Source: Proteromonas lacertae (Eukaryota). Taken from it: DNA of 35,686 nt. Made by a program: the position numbers and the translations under genes. The stretch is from positions 1-35,686 of the forward strand of contig NGBS01000925.1 in NCBI GenBank assembly GCA_002245135.1, in the 5' to 3' direction. Positions 11,977 through 23,716 of this stretch are shown in pieces. How positions within the stretch are numbered: the stretch's first letter is position 1; each line of letters begins with the position of its first letter. The notes beneath the pieces were generated by a model, which was not told the origin of the DNA, ran no database searches, and saw only the letters and a program-made list of their open reading frames with translations.

Positions 11977-12501
11977 TTTAGTAACAAATGAATGAGCTTT
12001 TTATTTATTATAAAATCTTCATCATAGAATCCTACTCATTTCACTTTAATCAAAGAAAAGTTATATAGAATACATGGATTAATTTATGTTTGTAGCTTTC
12101 AAGGAGTTATTATTTTATTATTGCAATAAAAGGATATAAAGAATAATTCAACTCGAAAAATAGAAATGACATAATTGGTATAATTATTATTGACTGCTAT
12201 TATAATTTGACAAAATTTACATCTACTATTTATAAATATTACATTACTAACAACTATTCGTTTGATTATATAATAAAAACAGTTGGTGGGTTTGTCATAT
12301 ATTAATGTTAGTATTAATGCTTTTTAGCATTTTGATATTATGAGATTTTATATTGTTCTTTTATAAATTTCAAATATTAGATGAGTTATTACAGTATTAA
12401 ATAGTATATTTGTTATATTTTCTATTTACTTCTAATAGCTTCTGATATAAAGGTGTAAAATAATAGAATAATTATTTACACATTAATATTATCTATTGCA
12501 T

Positions 12502-13446
12502 TTATAATATAGTTGATTTAATATTATTCAACAAAAATATTTCTATTGGATATAAACCATGTATAAACATGTAATTATTGATATTATGTTTAACAAAATT
12601 AAGATTGTTAGGAATATCTCTTATTATATATTTTGATATATCAATTAATGTAACATTATTATGTTTCATCAAATACCCTACAAAAACATCTTCAATCCAT
12701 ATTTTAGGTTTTATATCAACAATCGATGTGATTAAAAGTTTCACAATATTATAAGGTATTATATAACCAACACCCTGTAAATATGGAGGAAATATGTTTT
12801 CCTTTATAACGCTATATGGTACATAATGGCTGAATTTTTTATTTCGCAAAACGTATGTTTTAGATATTTTTCCTAATGCATAATAAACATTAGCAGTTTC
12901 AAAAGACCTAATCCATTTCTTTATTAATGGTATATTAACATATACATCAATATCCGATTTAATCAAATATTTATATGAATAACCACTAGACCATATCAGC
13001 ATATGGGATGTTTGAATACTTAAATTAAAATATGATGATATTTCATTAAATTGTAAAATGTCATTATATAAATTTGATTCATATATTAATTTCTTATTAA
13101 TTTTATTATTTTTACTTCTTGATGTTATATATATTACTTTTAAATCATTAGTGCTACGAACATACTTTCTAGAAATAAGTCTTTCGTAAAACTCTTCAGG
13201 TCTGCAATGAATGAAAAATAGAATATAAATAAATGACTTTTCAACTTTAGGACTCAACAATATTTTATTGTCTAATGGATAGGAAAAACAATAATTGATT
13301 GGATGACCTCCATAACCTTTTCTTCTGTATAATGATTTCTTTCTTATATCATATAATTCAGTAATATTATATAAGTATGAGAAATTAATATATAATAGTT
13401 TTTCCTTAGTTAATAGTTGAATTTCATTATTAAATATAACTTTCAC
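12502..13446 (-). CDS. GT31 glycosyltransferase, paralog of 17038-18063; 5' end uncertain
   Basis: Motifs ESNLYNDILQF, SSYFNLS, KSDIDVYVN, FPPYLQGVGY and WIEDVFVG. No clear ATG or anchor is in frame. Confidence 0.8.
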   Translation of the reverse strand: MKVIFNNEIQLLTKEKLLYINFSYLYNITELYDIRKKSLYRRKGYGGHPINYCFSYPLDNKILLSPKVEKSFIYILFFIHCRPEEFYERLISRKYVRSTNDLKVIYITSRSKNNKINKKLIYESNLYNDILQFNEISSYFNLSIQTSHMLIWSSGYSYKYLIKSDIDVYVNIPLIKKWIRSFETANVYYALGKISKTYVLRNKKFSHYVPYSVIKENIFPPYLQGVGYIIPYNIVKLLITSIVDIKPKIWIEDVFVGYLMKHNNVTLIDISKYIIRDIPNNLNFVKHNINNYMFIHGLYPIEIFLLNNIKSTIL

Positions 13447-14038
13447 ATTAGAATATATATTAACTTCCGAATTAAAAAAATTATAACTAATAGAAGATGT
13501 AAATAAAACTAAAAGAAAAAATATTAAATATAAGATTATTATAATTTTTATAAATTATAATTAAATAGACTTTTATTAAAATAGAAAATGCTAGAGTTGC
13601 CTTGATAGACTCTAAGGAAGTATTTATTTATTCCAGATAATACACTACCATAGCCAGTGGCGATGTTGTTATGATTATTTTGTTATGCAACGTGGTATAT
13701 CTATTTTGCAACAAATGTCGTTACGTATAAGTATTATGAAATATTGTATAAGTAAGTTGCAAAACGCTGTAATATGAGTAATTGTAATATTTATTGCAAA
13801 TATAGATTTCATAATAAGAATTAATATTTTTATATATTATAACAATACTTCTTTTTGAAGTTAAAATCCATCCCTGGACATACATACACTATACTCATTT
13901 ATATAATTGGAAGATTTATAATGAACTAAATTATATACATATAAATAGAAAGTATAACAAATGTCAGCTTATAATTACTACAGTCAGTTGTTGATAACTT
14001 GACCTATGACAGATAGGATTTCAGAGAGGTTTATAATA

Positions 14039-15055
14039 TTAGTACGATTCTGTATTACGTTTAATATATGTCAAATATAATCTTGATATAGAGTAATTTT
14101 TATAATTAGCCTTTATTGCCCTATCATACTGATGTATTACATGAGGTATGGAATAATCTTGATTATATATCACATTATTAATAGGTAGACAACAATAAGG
14201 AGAATCAAACAACCACAAAGCTAATGTTCTTACAGGTGAATGTGATGAATTAAATATAAATATAGGATAATGAAAATTAGTTTTACATCTTATAAATGTA
14301 TTTATACCTCCCTGATCGTTAGCATTACAATTAAAAGAGCATATATAATTAAGTAAATCGTCTAGAAAATATATTATATCAGGATATGTGGCAAATACTA
14401 CTCCTCCGTTTATAACTTTGCTATTGTATAAATATTTGTTAGGTTTATACTTTTTAACAAACATTATATTAGATTTATCTCCTCCTATTTTTCTTTTTGG
14501 ATGTTCTTCTACAAAATATATTCCTCTATTTATATTCCAATTAAATGGATTTAGTTGAAATAAAACATCTCTTACATCGGTTAAAAGAATGCTATTGTAT
14601 CTATATCCATAATATGTAAGAAATAACTTGTATAAATTGTATCTGTAAGTAACAAATGATTTACCTTGATAATAATTTAATTTTTTTAATATGTTTGATT
14701 TAGAAATAGGATAGTGTGTATGATTAAAAGGATAAAAAGGAAAATGATAATTTAGTTGAATAAATTCAATATTTTTATTTGATAAGTATTGTTTTAATGT
14801 TGTTGGTATTATAAATGTAAAGAAAATAGTATCTCCACAATAATTTGTTCTATTTAATGATTCTGCAAAATTTCTTATATGAGTTAAATTATAATTCAAA
14901 GCAACAGCTAAAATTAATTGTTTTTTGTTGTGTTTATAATTAAATTCATTTTTATAATTAAAATATACTAAATTATAACAATAATTACATAAAAGGTAAT
15001 CTATAATAAAAATAGAAAACAATAAGTATAATGCATATCTAAAAATATATTTCAT
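14039..15055 (-). CDS. Putative GT-A fold glycosyltransferase, family unassigned
   Basis: TM anchor; motifs LLTDVRDVLFQLNPF, INGGVVFA, NDQGGIN and VIHQYDR. Confidence 0.65.
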   Translation of the reverse strand: MKYIFRYALYLLFSIFIIDYLLCNYCYNLVYFNYKNEFNYKHNKKQLILAVALNYNLTHIRNFAESLNRTNYCGDTIFFTFIIPTTLKQYLSNKNIEFIQLNYHFPFYPFNHTHYPISKSNILKKLNYYQGKSFVTYRYNLYKLFLTYYGYRYNSILLTDVRDVLFQLNPFNWNINRGIYFVEEHPKRKIGGDKSNIMFVKKYKPNKYLYNSKVINGGVVFATYPDIIYFLDDLLNYICSFNCNANDQGGINTFIRCKTNFHYPIFIFNSSHSPVRTLALWLFDSPYCCLPINNVIYNQDYSIPHVIHQYDRAIKANYKNYSISRLYLTYIKRNTESY

Positions 15056-16108
15056 TTTAATGATTTACATTTACTTAGTTGATTTTTTATTTGGTTGTAA
15101 AGAGGATCGTATATATTTTTTGTTCCATCAATTTTTATAAATGACTTATTTATATTGTAATTATTGTATAGAATAATTAAAGAAAAAGTGCTATATGATG
15201 ATAATATTAAAAAATCACTATTTGATAATAAAGTAATGTCACCTAATAATTTGTCATACATTAATAGAGAGTAATTATAATTATTGTCAATTTGATTGAT
15301 ATGCATTATTTGATAATCTTCTTTGTAATTAATAACATATTTAATATACTTTTTCACTCTAGAAACAAAGATTTGACTGTCACTACTTAATAACAATTTG
15401 CATTTTCTGTTATTGCATAATTTATAATATAATTTAACTAAATTGATTAATGTTTTATTATCAGGATTGCATGTCTTATTCAGATTCATGCAATTATCTC
15501 CCATTCTTATGTGACTACCTATATAATAAATGTTCTTTTCTAGATGCATATTATTAATTCGTTTTATTTTTATATATTTCTTGAATATAAGTGAATTTAT
15601 ATATACAATTTCTTCACTTATTACTTTTATTTTACTGTCCAGCAAATTTAAATTAATCATTTTCTTTTTAATATAAGGTATATTTAATAATTGAGGTATT
15701 AAATCATAATGACTTGTTATTTCTGTATATAGACTTGTTGAGTATATTATTTTTTTAATTATATCAGCAAATGATATACAATATGGATATCCTGAAAATC
15801 TATAACTAGTGATACTAATATTTATCAATTTTCTGTCTTTTATTATAATGTGTTTATTAAATATTACAATTCTATTTAATGATTTTAAGTTATATACTAT
15901 TATATGTTAGTAAAAATATACATATTAATTTTCTTTCACTTAGAAATGATAGAATTAATGAGGAGCTTATTCCTAATAATTTGTTTCCCAAACCACCTGA
16001 GTTTGGTCTAGTATAAATATATTTATGTACTATATTGAATAATATAATAGAGTGAAAATTAATAGATATTATTATAATGAATATAATATAGTATATAAAG
16101 AATAACAT
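15052..16108 (-). CDS. Alpha-fucosyltransferase (NodZ/GT23/GT37-like), two exons (intron 15897-15921)
   Basis: Motifs SGGLGNKL, HIRMGD, LLSSDS and LLSNSDFLILSSYSTFS. A 25-nt GT-AG intron joins track ORFs 15890-16108 and 15052-15828 in frame. Confidence 0.75.
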
Positions 16109-16148
16109 TAAATAAAGATATATAAATTATCACCTATATAGCATTTAT

Positions 16149-17006
16149 TTAAAATTTAAGGGGATGAAAGAATTTATTCTTTTTTTCCTTATTTAAGGTA
16201 ATATTATTCCACATTTCTTTTGTTAATGAAATTCCAGCACATAAAGGAGATCCAATATATTTGTGAGGTATTTCTTCATATGTTAGATTATAGTAATATA
16301 CTAATTCTATTGTGCTAGTTTCAGTTTGAGAATGATAATTATTTTGTAAATCAACTATCATTTTTGATATATATCGTTTTGACCATCTTTGAACATACTC
16401 TCTATTATTATATCCTTTACTAGAAGTGAAAGTGATAGATCTTCTTTTTATATATTTATCTGTTGCACAATAAAACCATACCCAATTTGTATTTATTGTT
16501 CCTACATTTATTGTAATAAGATCCTTCTGATTATTTCTATAATGTTTTATAAAATTATATAAGTTTCCTGTATAACCAACATCTTGCTCTATTACCCACA
16601 TAAAATCATATTCTTTCTTTAGTTTTTTATAAAATATAATTAATGATTCAGAATGAGAAATCCATGAAAGTAATCTTGAACTTTTAAAACTACTACAATT
16701 ACCTTTTAATTCTGAAATATTTGGATAGGTTAATAATATTTCCTTAAAGGAAACAACTATATTTAGTATATTTGATTTGTTCAATAGAGAAGAATTAATG
16801 TTTTTCATAGATAATAAAAAGAATTTATACTGATCAGGAAAATCCATGATCCAAGTAATATATCTTGATATCTGATTAGTTGTAACTTTGTTTATCCTAA
16901 CCACTATACATATGGTATTGTATTTAATTCTGTACAAATGATAAAATGTAAGCAAAAATATAGTAGTATTAGCAAATATGTAAATTAAATAAATAATACA
17001 TTTCAT
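16149..17006 (-). CDS. Putative glycosyltransferase, DUF3405-like
   Basis: TM anchor; motifs YDFMWVIEQDVGYTGN, NWVW and C-terminal FFHPLK. Confidence 0.55.
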   Translation of the reverse strand: MKCIIYLIYIFANTTIFLLTFYHLYRIKYNTICIVVRINKVTTNQISRYITWIMDFPDQYKFFLLSMKNINSSLLNKSNILNIVVSFKEILLTYPNISELKGNCSSFKSSRLLSWISHSESLIIFYKKLKKEYDFMWVIEQDVGYTGNLYNFIKHYRNNQKDLITINVGTINTNWVWFYCATDKYIKRRSITFTSSKGYNNREYVQRWSKRYISKMIVDLQNNYHSQTETSTIELVYYYNLTYEEIPHKYIGSPLCAGISLTKEMWNNITLNKEKKNKFFHPLKF

Positions 17007-17037
17007 AAAATATTATATTTGTATCATCCATAAATAC

Positions 17038-18063
17038 ATGCTTATTTTTTATTTGTATTTAATTTATTTTCTAACAATATGTGTAATATTATTGTTAGAT
17101 TATAATATGAAAATACATGGTAATAGAGAGATATTATTTATGAAAGAATTGTTGTTATATAACAGAGATGTATATATATATCGCCATTTTTTTAATTGTA
17201 AAACAATTGAAGATATAAATTACATAAGAAATAAGTCTTTGTATAGGAAAATTGGATATGGTGGGCATCCTGTGAAACATTTGTTTAAGTTACCATTAGA
17301 TAATACAGTTCTTGCTTATCCTATTATACATTGTCTAAATGTTGATATAATTTTGTTTATTCATTGTAGACCAGAAGAATTTTATGAAAGATTCTTAAGT
17401 AGAAAGAATTTTCATAAAACAAATAACGCATTAGTTATTTATATTACATCAAGAAGTTTAAATTCAAGCGTTAATCATAAAATAAAACGTGAATCTTTCC
17501 TATATGGTGATATATTACAATTTAATGAATATTCTTCATATTTTAATTTAAGCCTTCAAACACTTCACATGTTGCAATGGTCTTTACGTGTTAAATATAA
17601 ATATCTAATAAAATCTGACGTGGATGTTTATATTAATCTAAAGTTGATATTATCCTATTTGAAGAATATTAACTTAAGTATTAAATATTTTGCAATTGGT
17701 AGAGTATCTAAAACATATGTAATTAGAAACAAAAAATATAGTCATTATATACCTATTGATATTGTAAAAGAAAATATGTACCCATCTTATTTGCAAGGAG
17801 TAGGATATATTATACCTTATAATACAGTGAAATTAATGAATGATTCATTTGAATATGTAAACCCAAAAATATGGATTGAAGATGTATTTTTGGGATATAT
17901 TTATAAGTTTTTAAATGCATCATTAATAGATATTTCACAGTATATTGTTAGAGATGTTAAACTCAACATTTCGGTTGTAATAAGTAATATAATACAAAAT
18001 ATGTTTGTACATGGATTCTATCCAATTGAAATACATTTATTGAGTAAAACTAAAAATTTATGA
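17038..18063 (+). CDS. GT31 glycosyltransferase
   Basis: TM anchor; motifs ESFLYGDILQF, KSDVDVYIN, YPSYLQGVGY and WIEDVFLG. Confidence 0.85.
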   Translation: MLIFYLYLIYFLTICVILLLDYNMKIHGNREILFMKELLLYNRDVYIYRHFFNCKTIEDINYIRNKSLYRKIGYGGHPVKHLFKLPLDNTVLAYPIIHCLNVDIILFIHCRPEEFYERFLSRKNFHKTNNALVIYITSRSLNSSVNHKIKRESFLYGDILQFNEYSSYFNLSLQTLHMLQWSLRVKYKYLIKSDVDVYINLKLILSYLKNINLSIKYFAIGRVSKTYVIRNKKYSHYIPIDIVKENMYPSYLQGVGYIIPYNTVKLMNDSFEYVNPKIWIEDVFLGYIYKFLNASLIDISQYIVRDVKLNISVVISNIIQNMFVHGFYPIEIHLLSKTKNL

Positions 18064-18866
18064 AAAATTGGTTTTTATTTATAGTAAAAATAATTATAAT
18101 TATTGAGTTATTTAATTATTATATTTATATATATAAATATGATAATTTCTATAACTGTATATCATTAGTTATACCTTCAACTTACTTTACATGGAGTAAA
18201 TGCAAAAAACAAATTGAAAATATGATATGTAGAAGTATAGATTATCCTAATGAAATAATAATTGTTATATCTGATAGTCAGTACGATAGAAATGTATTAT
18301 TTTATACATACTGTAAATATAATGTATCTCTTTATTATCGAAAAAATCATAAAAATTCAGCATCAAATAAGAACTTTGGATCGAGATTTACAAAATGCTC
18401 ATACATAAGCTATTTTGATGCAGATGATATAATGACAAAAAATAGAATTAAAATATTAAGATATATAATAGAAATGTATAATAGTTATGACATAATTATG
18501 CACATGTACACAAGGAATTACACATTGTTAAAAGAAAACAATGAACTGCCAACTGAATTAAGTAAATATTTCTATTTAAATTCTTCATATATTACACAAT
18601 TGTATAGAAGTAAAATAAAAGCACATAAAGTACAATTATGGGGTTGTTGTCATTTTCTTCCTATTCACTACCATATTAGTAACGGATGGATCACTATAAA
18701 AAGAAGTCTTTTTGATAAAGAAAAATTTAATGAAGATATATCAATTCAAAGAGCAGAAGATAGTGAATATAATGGAAGAGTTATATCAAAAGGATACAAA
18801 ACTCTTATACTTGCTATGGTATTAGGATATTATTCAAAACAAAATGAATGTGATATTTTAATATAA
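18060..18866 (+). CDS. GT2 family glycosyltransferase
   Basis: Motifs ISLVIPS, EIIIV, ASNKNFG, YISYFDADD and AEDSEY. Confidence 0.8.
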   Translation: MKNWFLFIVKIIIIIELFNYYIYIYKYDNFYNCISLVIPSTYFTWSKCKKQIENMICRSIDYPNEIIIVISDSQYDRNVLFYTYCKYNVSLYYRKNHKNSASNKNFGSRFTKCSYISYFDADDIMTKNRIKILRYIIEMYNSYDIIMHMYTRNYTLLKENNELPTELSKYFYLNSSYITQLYRSKIKAHKVQLWGCCHFLPIHYHISNGWITIKRSLFDKEKFNEDISIQRAEDSEYNGRVISKGYKTLILAMVLGYYSKQNECDILI

Positions 18867-19538
18867 TATTCCATAATAGCATATGTCATTAGTTATAATG
18901 TGATTAGTTATTCTCTTTTCCTTTCTATGATAATACTTATTTAACTTTTGAAATGTCAAATTTAATTTTCTATATATAATTGCCATATGCATATCTTCTC
19001 TATAAATAATTCTTTTCTCTTTCAAAAGTTCTATATAAATTGTAGTAATTAATGTGCTAGGAGTTATAACAAATCCTCCAGCTACAAAATGAGGAAATAT
19101 ATTATATGGATAAATTGATTTAGGTAAAAATACAGAAGAATTTTCATATCTTCTAACTTTCATTTGTGGATAGTAAAATCCACTAATCATGTGTTCATTT
19201 AAATATATATTTATATATATTATAATTAAAGGGATGTTTGGTATAATATCATCATCATTTTTTATTATATAATCTGAGCATATATTCTTTTTAGTATAGA
19301 ATCTGTAAATACTGCATGTCATAATAGTTAGATTATAGTAACTATCAACAATATCAATACCAACAATATCATTTTTGCTTTCTTTTTTGATAGTATATAA
19401 ATTTTCTTTTGTAGCAATAACAAAATTATAATTACATGATTGTTTTAAACATATCCTGCCCCATGTAGATTTTATTCTTTTTCTGTGTGCAAAATGATTA
19501 ATAGCTGACTCTATAAAGAATATTAGTTTAAAGAACAT
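18858..19538 (-). CDS. GT31 glycosyltransferase; frame stays open upstream through a TM segment to about 19690
   Basis: Motifs RKRIKSTWG, DSYYNLTIM, IKNDDD, FPHFVAGG and EDMHM. Confidence 0.8.
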   Translation of the reverse strand: MFFKLIFFIESAINHFAHRKRIKSTWGRICLKQSCNYNFVIATKENLYTIKKESKNDIVGIDIVDSYYNLTIMTCSIYRFYTKKNICSDYIIKNDDDIIPNIPLIIIYINIYLNEHMISGFYYPQMKVRRYENSSVFLPKSIYPYNIFPHFVAGGFVITPSTLITTIYIELLKEKRIIYREDMHMAIIYRKLNLTFQKLNKYYHRKEKRITNHIITNDICYYGILY

Positions 19539-19765
19539 TTGATTAGTAGGTTGTATTGAAAAATTATAATAGAATGGATTGTTAGTATAAATATCCTTCT
19601 TTATAGAATGAGAGATGTTTGTGTTTTTCTTAGAAAATATAAAAAGTATAAAACATACAAAAATAAAAATTACACTAGATATTCTAAATATATATAAATA
19701 TATATATATAAGACTGAAATATTAATGAATATGTTATTACTTTAGTTTTTTTATTAATTATTGTT

Positions 19766-20686
19766 GTGACATTATACTATTTTCTATTTTCATTATTAAT
19801 AACACTAATATTTTTGTTAATTAAAAGCAATAATATTGATAGAATATATCCTCAAAATGATTATGAGCAAATAATACAATTTGATAAACTACACATGAAT
19901 GTTCTAAACAAATTGAATTGTGTATATCCCTTAAAGGAAGTAAATCTAAAATATCTATTAATTTTTCTTTTATCTAGAGATAGATACTATGCTGTGTATT
20001 ATTCTCTAAAGTATTGGTTAAAGTTAGATAAAAAAATGCAAATTAAAATAATTATATTAGATCATTACACAACATATATACCTTTACTTAAATATTACAA
20101 TGTTATTGAAAAAATTCATAATATTAAAATATACAAATTAAAAGAATTAAACTGGAGAAATGCAATTGATAAAGAGATACCTGATGTAATAAGCTACTAT
20201 TTAAAGAAGTTTAAACAATATAAATATTATGTCTTGTCAGACGTTGATATTATATTAATCAATATTCCTAATAATATGTTTGATTTATATAGTACAATTC
20301 TATCTAGTTGTATGGTTAATGTAGTTGGGCCATCTTTAATGATAAATGATATATCAATGCTATTTCCAGACTATATAAAAGTCTATGATTTTGAAACTAA
20401 ATATCTTAAAAGCAATCATTATGATGTTCTATATAGAAATTATTATGTATCATTTATTGAAGCTGATATCGATACAATATTTGGAATGAGAAAAAGTACT
20501 ACAAGATTTAAAAGACATAGTAAATTATCATTTAGATCTTTATCTCCTTATATATCACATCATATTGATTGGTATATCACATCTAAATCTATTCCTAAAT
20601 CTTTTATATACTACGTAAATCATTCAAAATCCATAAACCATTCTGGTTCTGCATTTAAAATTACCAATTCACTAAAGCAGCCTTAG
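19766..20686 (+). CDS. GT2-like glycosyltransferase
   Basis: TM anchor; motifs SRDR, IIILDHYTTYIPLL, YYVLSDVDI (DxD), ADIDTIF and HIDWY. The annotated start is a GTG and is uncertain. Confidence 0.6.
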   Translation: MTLYYFLFSLLITLIFLLIKSNNIDRIYPQNDYEQIIQFDKLHMNVLNKLNCVYPLKEVNLKYLLIFLLSRDRYYAVYYSLKYWLKLDKKMQIKIIILDHYTTYIPLLKYYNVIEKIHNIKIYKLKELNWRNAIDKEIPDVISYYLKKFKQYKYYVLSDVDIILINIPNNMFDLYSTILSSCMVNVVGPSLMINDISMLFPDYIKVYDFETKYLKSNHYDVLYRNYYVSFIEADIDTIFGMRKSTTRFKRHSKLSFRSLSPYISHHIDWYITSKSIPKSFIYYVNHSKSINHSGSAFKITNSLKQP

Positions 20687-20695
20687 AATTGTATA

Positions 20696-21652
20696 ATGAT
20701 AATTACATTTATAATATATATTTTTTTAATGGTTATTTGTTTTAGATATTATAGTTATATTTTTAGTTATTATGTCTTTACAAAAATTACATTCAATAGA
20801 AATGATAATTTATCAGAATTGTTTATTAATTCTGTTATCATATACAATCAAAGAATAGATTATATAAATCGTATATACAAAATGAATCAGATATGTAAGG
20901 GATGGAAGAAAGCAATAATTGTACTATTAAAATTTGATGAAATTAAAAAGTTTATAAATAGAAACTACTTATTTCTTATACAAAAATATCATGATGAATT
21001 AATATTCTTTGTTACTGAAAGAATATCTAAAACAACTTTATATAAAGATATAAAATATATAGTAGTGGATATATCTGAAATATTTTTCTCATTTCCTTAT
21101 AAATTTAATCAATCAGCACATAAACCAAACTATATGAAGAGAGGAAAATGGAATTATCAACATATGTGTAGATTCTTTTTTAAAAATATATTTTTTCATC
21201 CCATATTGTGTGATGTTGATATTTATATGAGGCTTGATTCAGAATCAATACTAAATACTACTCAAAATTTATTTAATTTAATGGGGGAAGGAATTGTCTA
21301 TATGCATAATAAAATAATGAATGATTGTGGTAGATTAGTAGAAGGATTAAAACAATATATTTATTCTTTTGTAAAAGCATTGAATATAGATATAAAAGAT
21401 AAAGAAAAGTATTATTTAGCATTTAATAAAACTGCCCTATTATATTACAATAATTTTGAAATATGTCGAATGAAATTTTTTAGAAGTAAAGAAATGATTC
21501 TATTATCCAATTTAATTGATTACAGTTATGGACAGTTTATCTATAGATGGGGAGATGCTCCTTTAAGATATATTAGTTTATCTATGTTTGCTGATAACGC
21601 TTCAATAATTGCATTACCTCATTCAGTAAAATATTGCCATCAAAATTGTTAA
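20696..21652 (+). CDS. GT15 alpha-1,2-mannosyltransferase (Kre2/Ktr-like)
   Basis: Motifs YQHMCRFF, YMRLDSE, YYNNFEI and YRWGDAPLR. Confidence 0.9.
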   Translation: MIITFIIYIFLMVICFRYYSYIFSYYVFTKITFNRNDNLSELFINSVIIYNQRIDYINRIYKMNQICKGWKKAIIVLLKFDEIKKFINRNYLFLIQKYHDELIFFVTERISKTTLYKDIKYIVVDISEIFFSFPYKFNQSAHKPNYMKRGKWNYQHMCRFFFKNIFFHPILCDVDIYMRLDSESILNTTQNLFNLMGEGIVYMHNKIMNDCGRLVEGLKQYIYSFVKALNIDIKDKEKYYLAFNKTALLYYNNFEICRMKFFRSKEMILLSNLIDYSYGQFIYRWGDAPLRYISLSMFADNASIIALPHSVKYCHQNC

Positions 21653-22125
21653 CTTAAAGTGATATATATATATATATATATATGTTTTATATAAAACCAA
21701 CAAATTGTTAAAATTACTGTAATATATTTTTTAATCTTTCAATTGGTGATATTTTGCTTATTTTTAGAATATAATTAAATCAGAGTAAATTAAAGATTAT
21801 TAACAAGATGGTGATGACCTATTGATAATGAACTAGAGGATAGATACTGTGTCTTCTTAATCACCAAGTAAACTTTCAACTAAGACTTTAAACGTTACAG
21901 TTAAAGTTATTGTTAAATACAATCTTTTTATTGTTTTATTTTTTGTTATTGACTTTATGCATAATATTTGCATTAAATATTGCTGTCCAATATATTAATT
22001 AGCAATTTAATATTTACATGTAATGCCCATAAATTTAAACATGTTAGTTAATGAACAATGAGAATATATTATTACAATCCTTATAAAAAGAGTGAAAAAT
22101 TCTTTTAAGAACCATATTTTAAAAT

Positions 22126-23121
22126 CTAGAATTTGTGATAATTTTTAATATATTTGCAAAATTTGCATGGCGTAAATATGTAATGTTTCATATTTTTATA
22201 CCAATCTTTTGAATAATTGTAAGGCCAATTTATATATTCACCTAATATCTTTCTATCATTTCTAATTGAATAAACATAATTTATTAATTCGCTATAATTT
22301 TTAAAATCTTTTGCATTAATAATTGAAAAATTAGTTGGATAAAATTTCTCAACATTTCTTGCTCCAAAATATATGGGAATTGATCCTCCTCTCATGCAAT
22401 CCCATAATTTTTCTGTTACATAATCATCATCAATAGTATCAGAATGCATTTGTCCCCATTTAACTTGATTAACAGTATTTTCAATTGCTAAACAGAATTT
22501 ATAATTTTTAATAAGTAAATATTTTTGATTAGGTAAGTTATCAGGCCATTTAAGATGATTCTTAAACGCTTGACCAAAAATATCTACTTTCATTTTTCTG
22601 TTAAACATTTGGCATATTAAATTTCTATTTTTGTATGGTTGTCTATAAATAAAGACAATATCTTTTCTTTTCATAAATTCATCAATTGATCTTAGAGATT
22701 CTTTTCCTTCATTGATTATGTTAACAATATTATGATAATATGGATATGAGAAATGATGTTTTGATATGAAAAGTTTATAACTTATCAAAACATCAAATGA
22801 AGTATCTCTTCCACTGCTAATATATAGCATATTTTTCCATCTACTTAATGCTTCTACATTTATTTTTATATTTAAAATGCGATTGTTTTTTCTTTGAGAT
22901 AATGATTTTATGTAGCGATTATACATAACAACATTATAGTTATACGTATTGTTTTTACTAATAATACATTTTACATTTCCACAATTATATTTAGTATTAT
23001 TTAGTCCAAACCATTCATCCATATATCTACTATTTATGTATATATTATATAATTTGTTTCTTTTCCAAACTGCAATACAACCAACTATTAAAACAATAAA
23101 TATATTTTGCGCTATTGTCAT
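22126..23121 (-). CDS. GT10 alpha-1,3-fucosyltransferase
   Basis: Signature YKFCLAIEN...DYVTEKLWD...GSIPIYFG. Confidence 0.92.
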   Translation of the reverse strand: MTIAQNIFIVLIVGCIAVWKRNKLYNIYINSRYMDEWFGLNNTKYNCGNVKCIISKNNTYNYNVVMYNRYIKSLSQRKNNRILNIKINVEALSRWKNMLYISSGRDTSFDVLISYKLFISKHHFSYPYYHNIVNIINEGKESLRSIDEFMKRKDIVFIYRQPYKNRNLICQMFNRKMKVDIFGQAFKNHLKWPDNLPNQKYLLIKNYKFCLAIENTVNQVKWGQMHSDTIDDDYVTEKLWDCMRGGSIPIYFGARNVEKFYPTNFSIINAKDFKNYSELINYVYSIRNDRKILGEYINWPYNYSKDWYKNMKHYIFTPCKFCKYIKNYHKF

Positions 23122-23547
23122 TTACCAATTAAAAAGAATACAATATATATTGTATTAATAAATATTTTTTAATTACATTTTTATTTTTTCTCGTCATTAT
23201 GATGAGTTTATCTCTTATGATGATGATTTTTATTTTATAGTAAGCAACATCACCTTTATAATAGATCCAATCAAGGAAATTTCTACTACTCATGAATAAC
23301 CTAGTTATTCATGAGAATTCACCTCCGATTAAAGCAGCATATTAGCTAAATTTGCAAGGGAATAAGTTCAGTGATGTACTAGTTGCTTAACATGTTTTAA
23401 CATATTCGTTTTCCTACTTTGTCATATAAACTACAATTTTGTATATTTCGAATCATATGTAATTTAGATGGTTTATTAGTTTATAATATCAAAATTAAAG
23501 AAAAAAAATTCCTTATATGAAACTAAAAGAAAGAGATTTTCATAGAT

Positions 23548-23652
23548 TATCTCGACCTGGTTTAGTTGGTCAAGAAAGAAACTCTGTTAAAATGAGAGTA
23601 ATAATTCCAGATTCATAATATATATTCCAATAGATATTCCGCTTTTATAACA
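23548..23652 (+). pseudogene. Decayed second copy of the Hydin-like fragment
   Basis: Aligns with deletions to the reverse complement of about 5780-5940, for example CTCTGTTAA(A/G)ATGAGAGTA..AATTCCAGATTCA and CCTGGTTTAG(T/C)TGGT. Confidence 0.7.
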
Positions 23653-23716
23653 TTTATTTAGATTAATATTTTGTGAAGGTCATAATATGTACTAGTTGAC
23701 AAAAATAATATATTAG

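Noticed and set aside
21662..21683. (TA)n tract
   Set aside because: Ordinary microsatellite in AT-rich DNA.
23289..23315. 12-bp stem hairpin CTCATGAATAAC-CTA-GTTATTCATGAG
   Set aside because: Isolated and AT-rich; no second copy or functional context.
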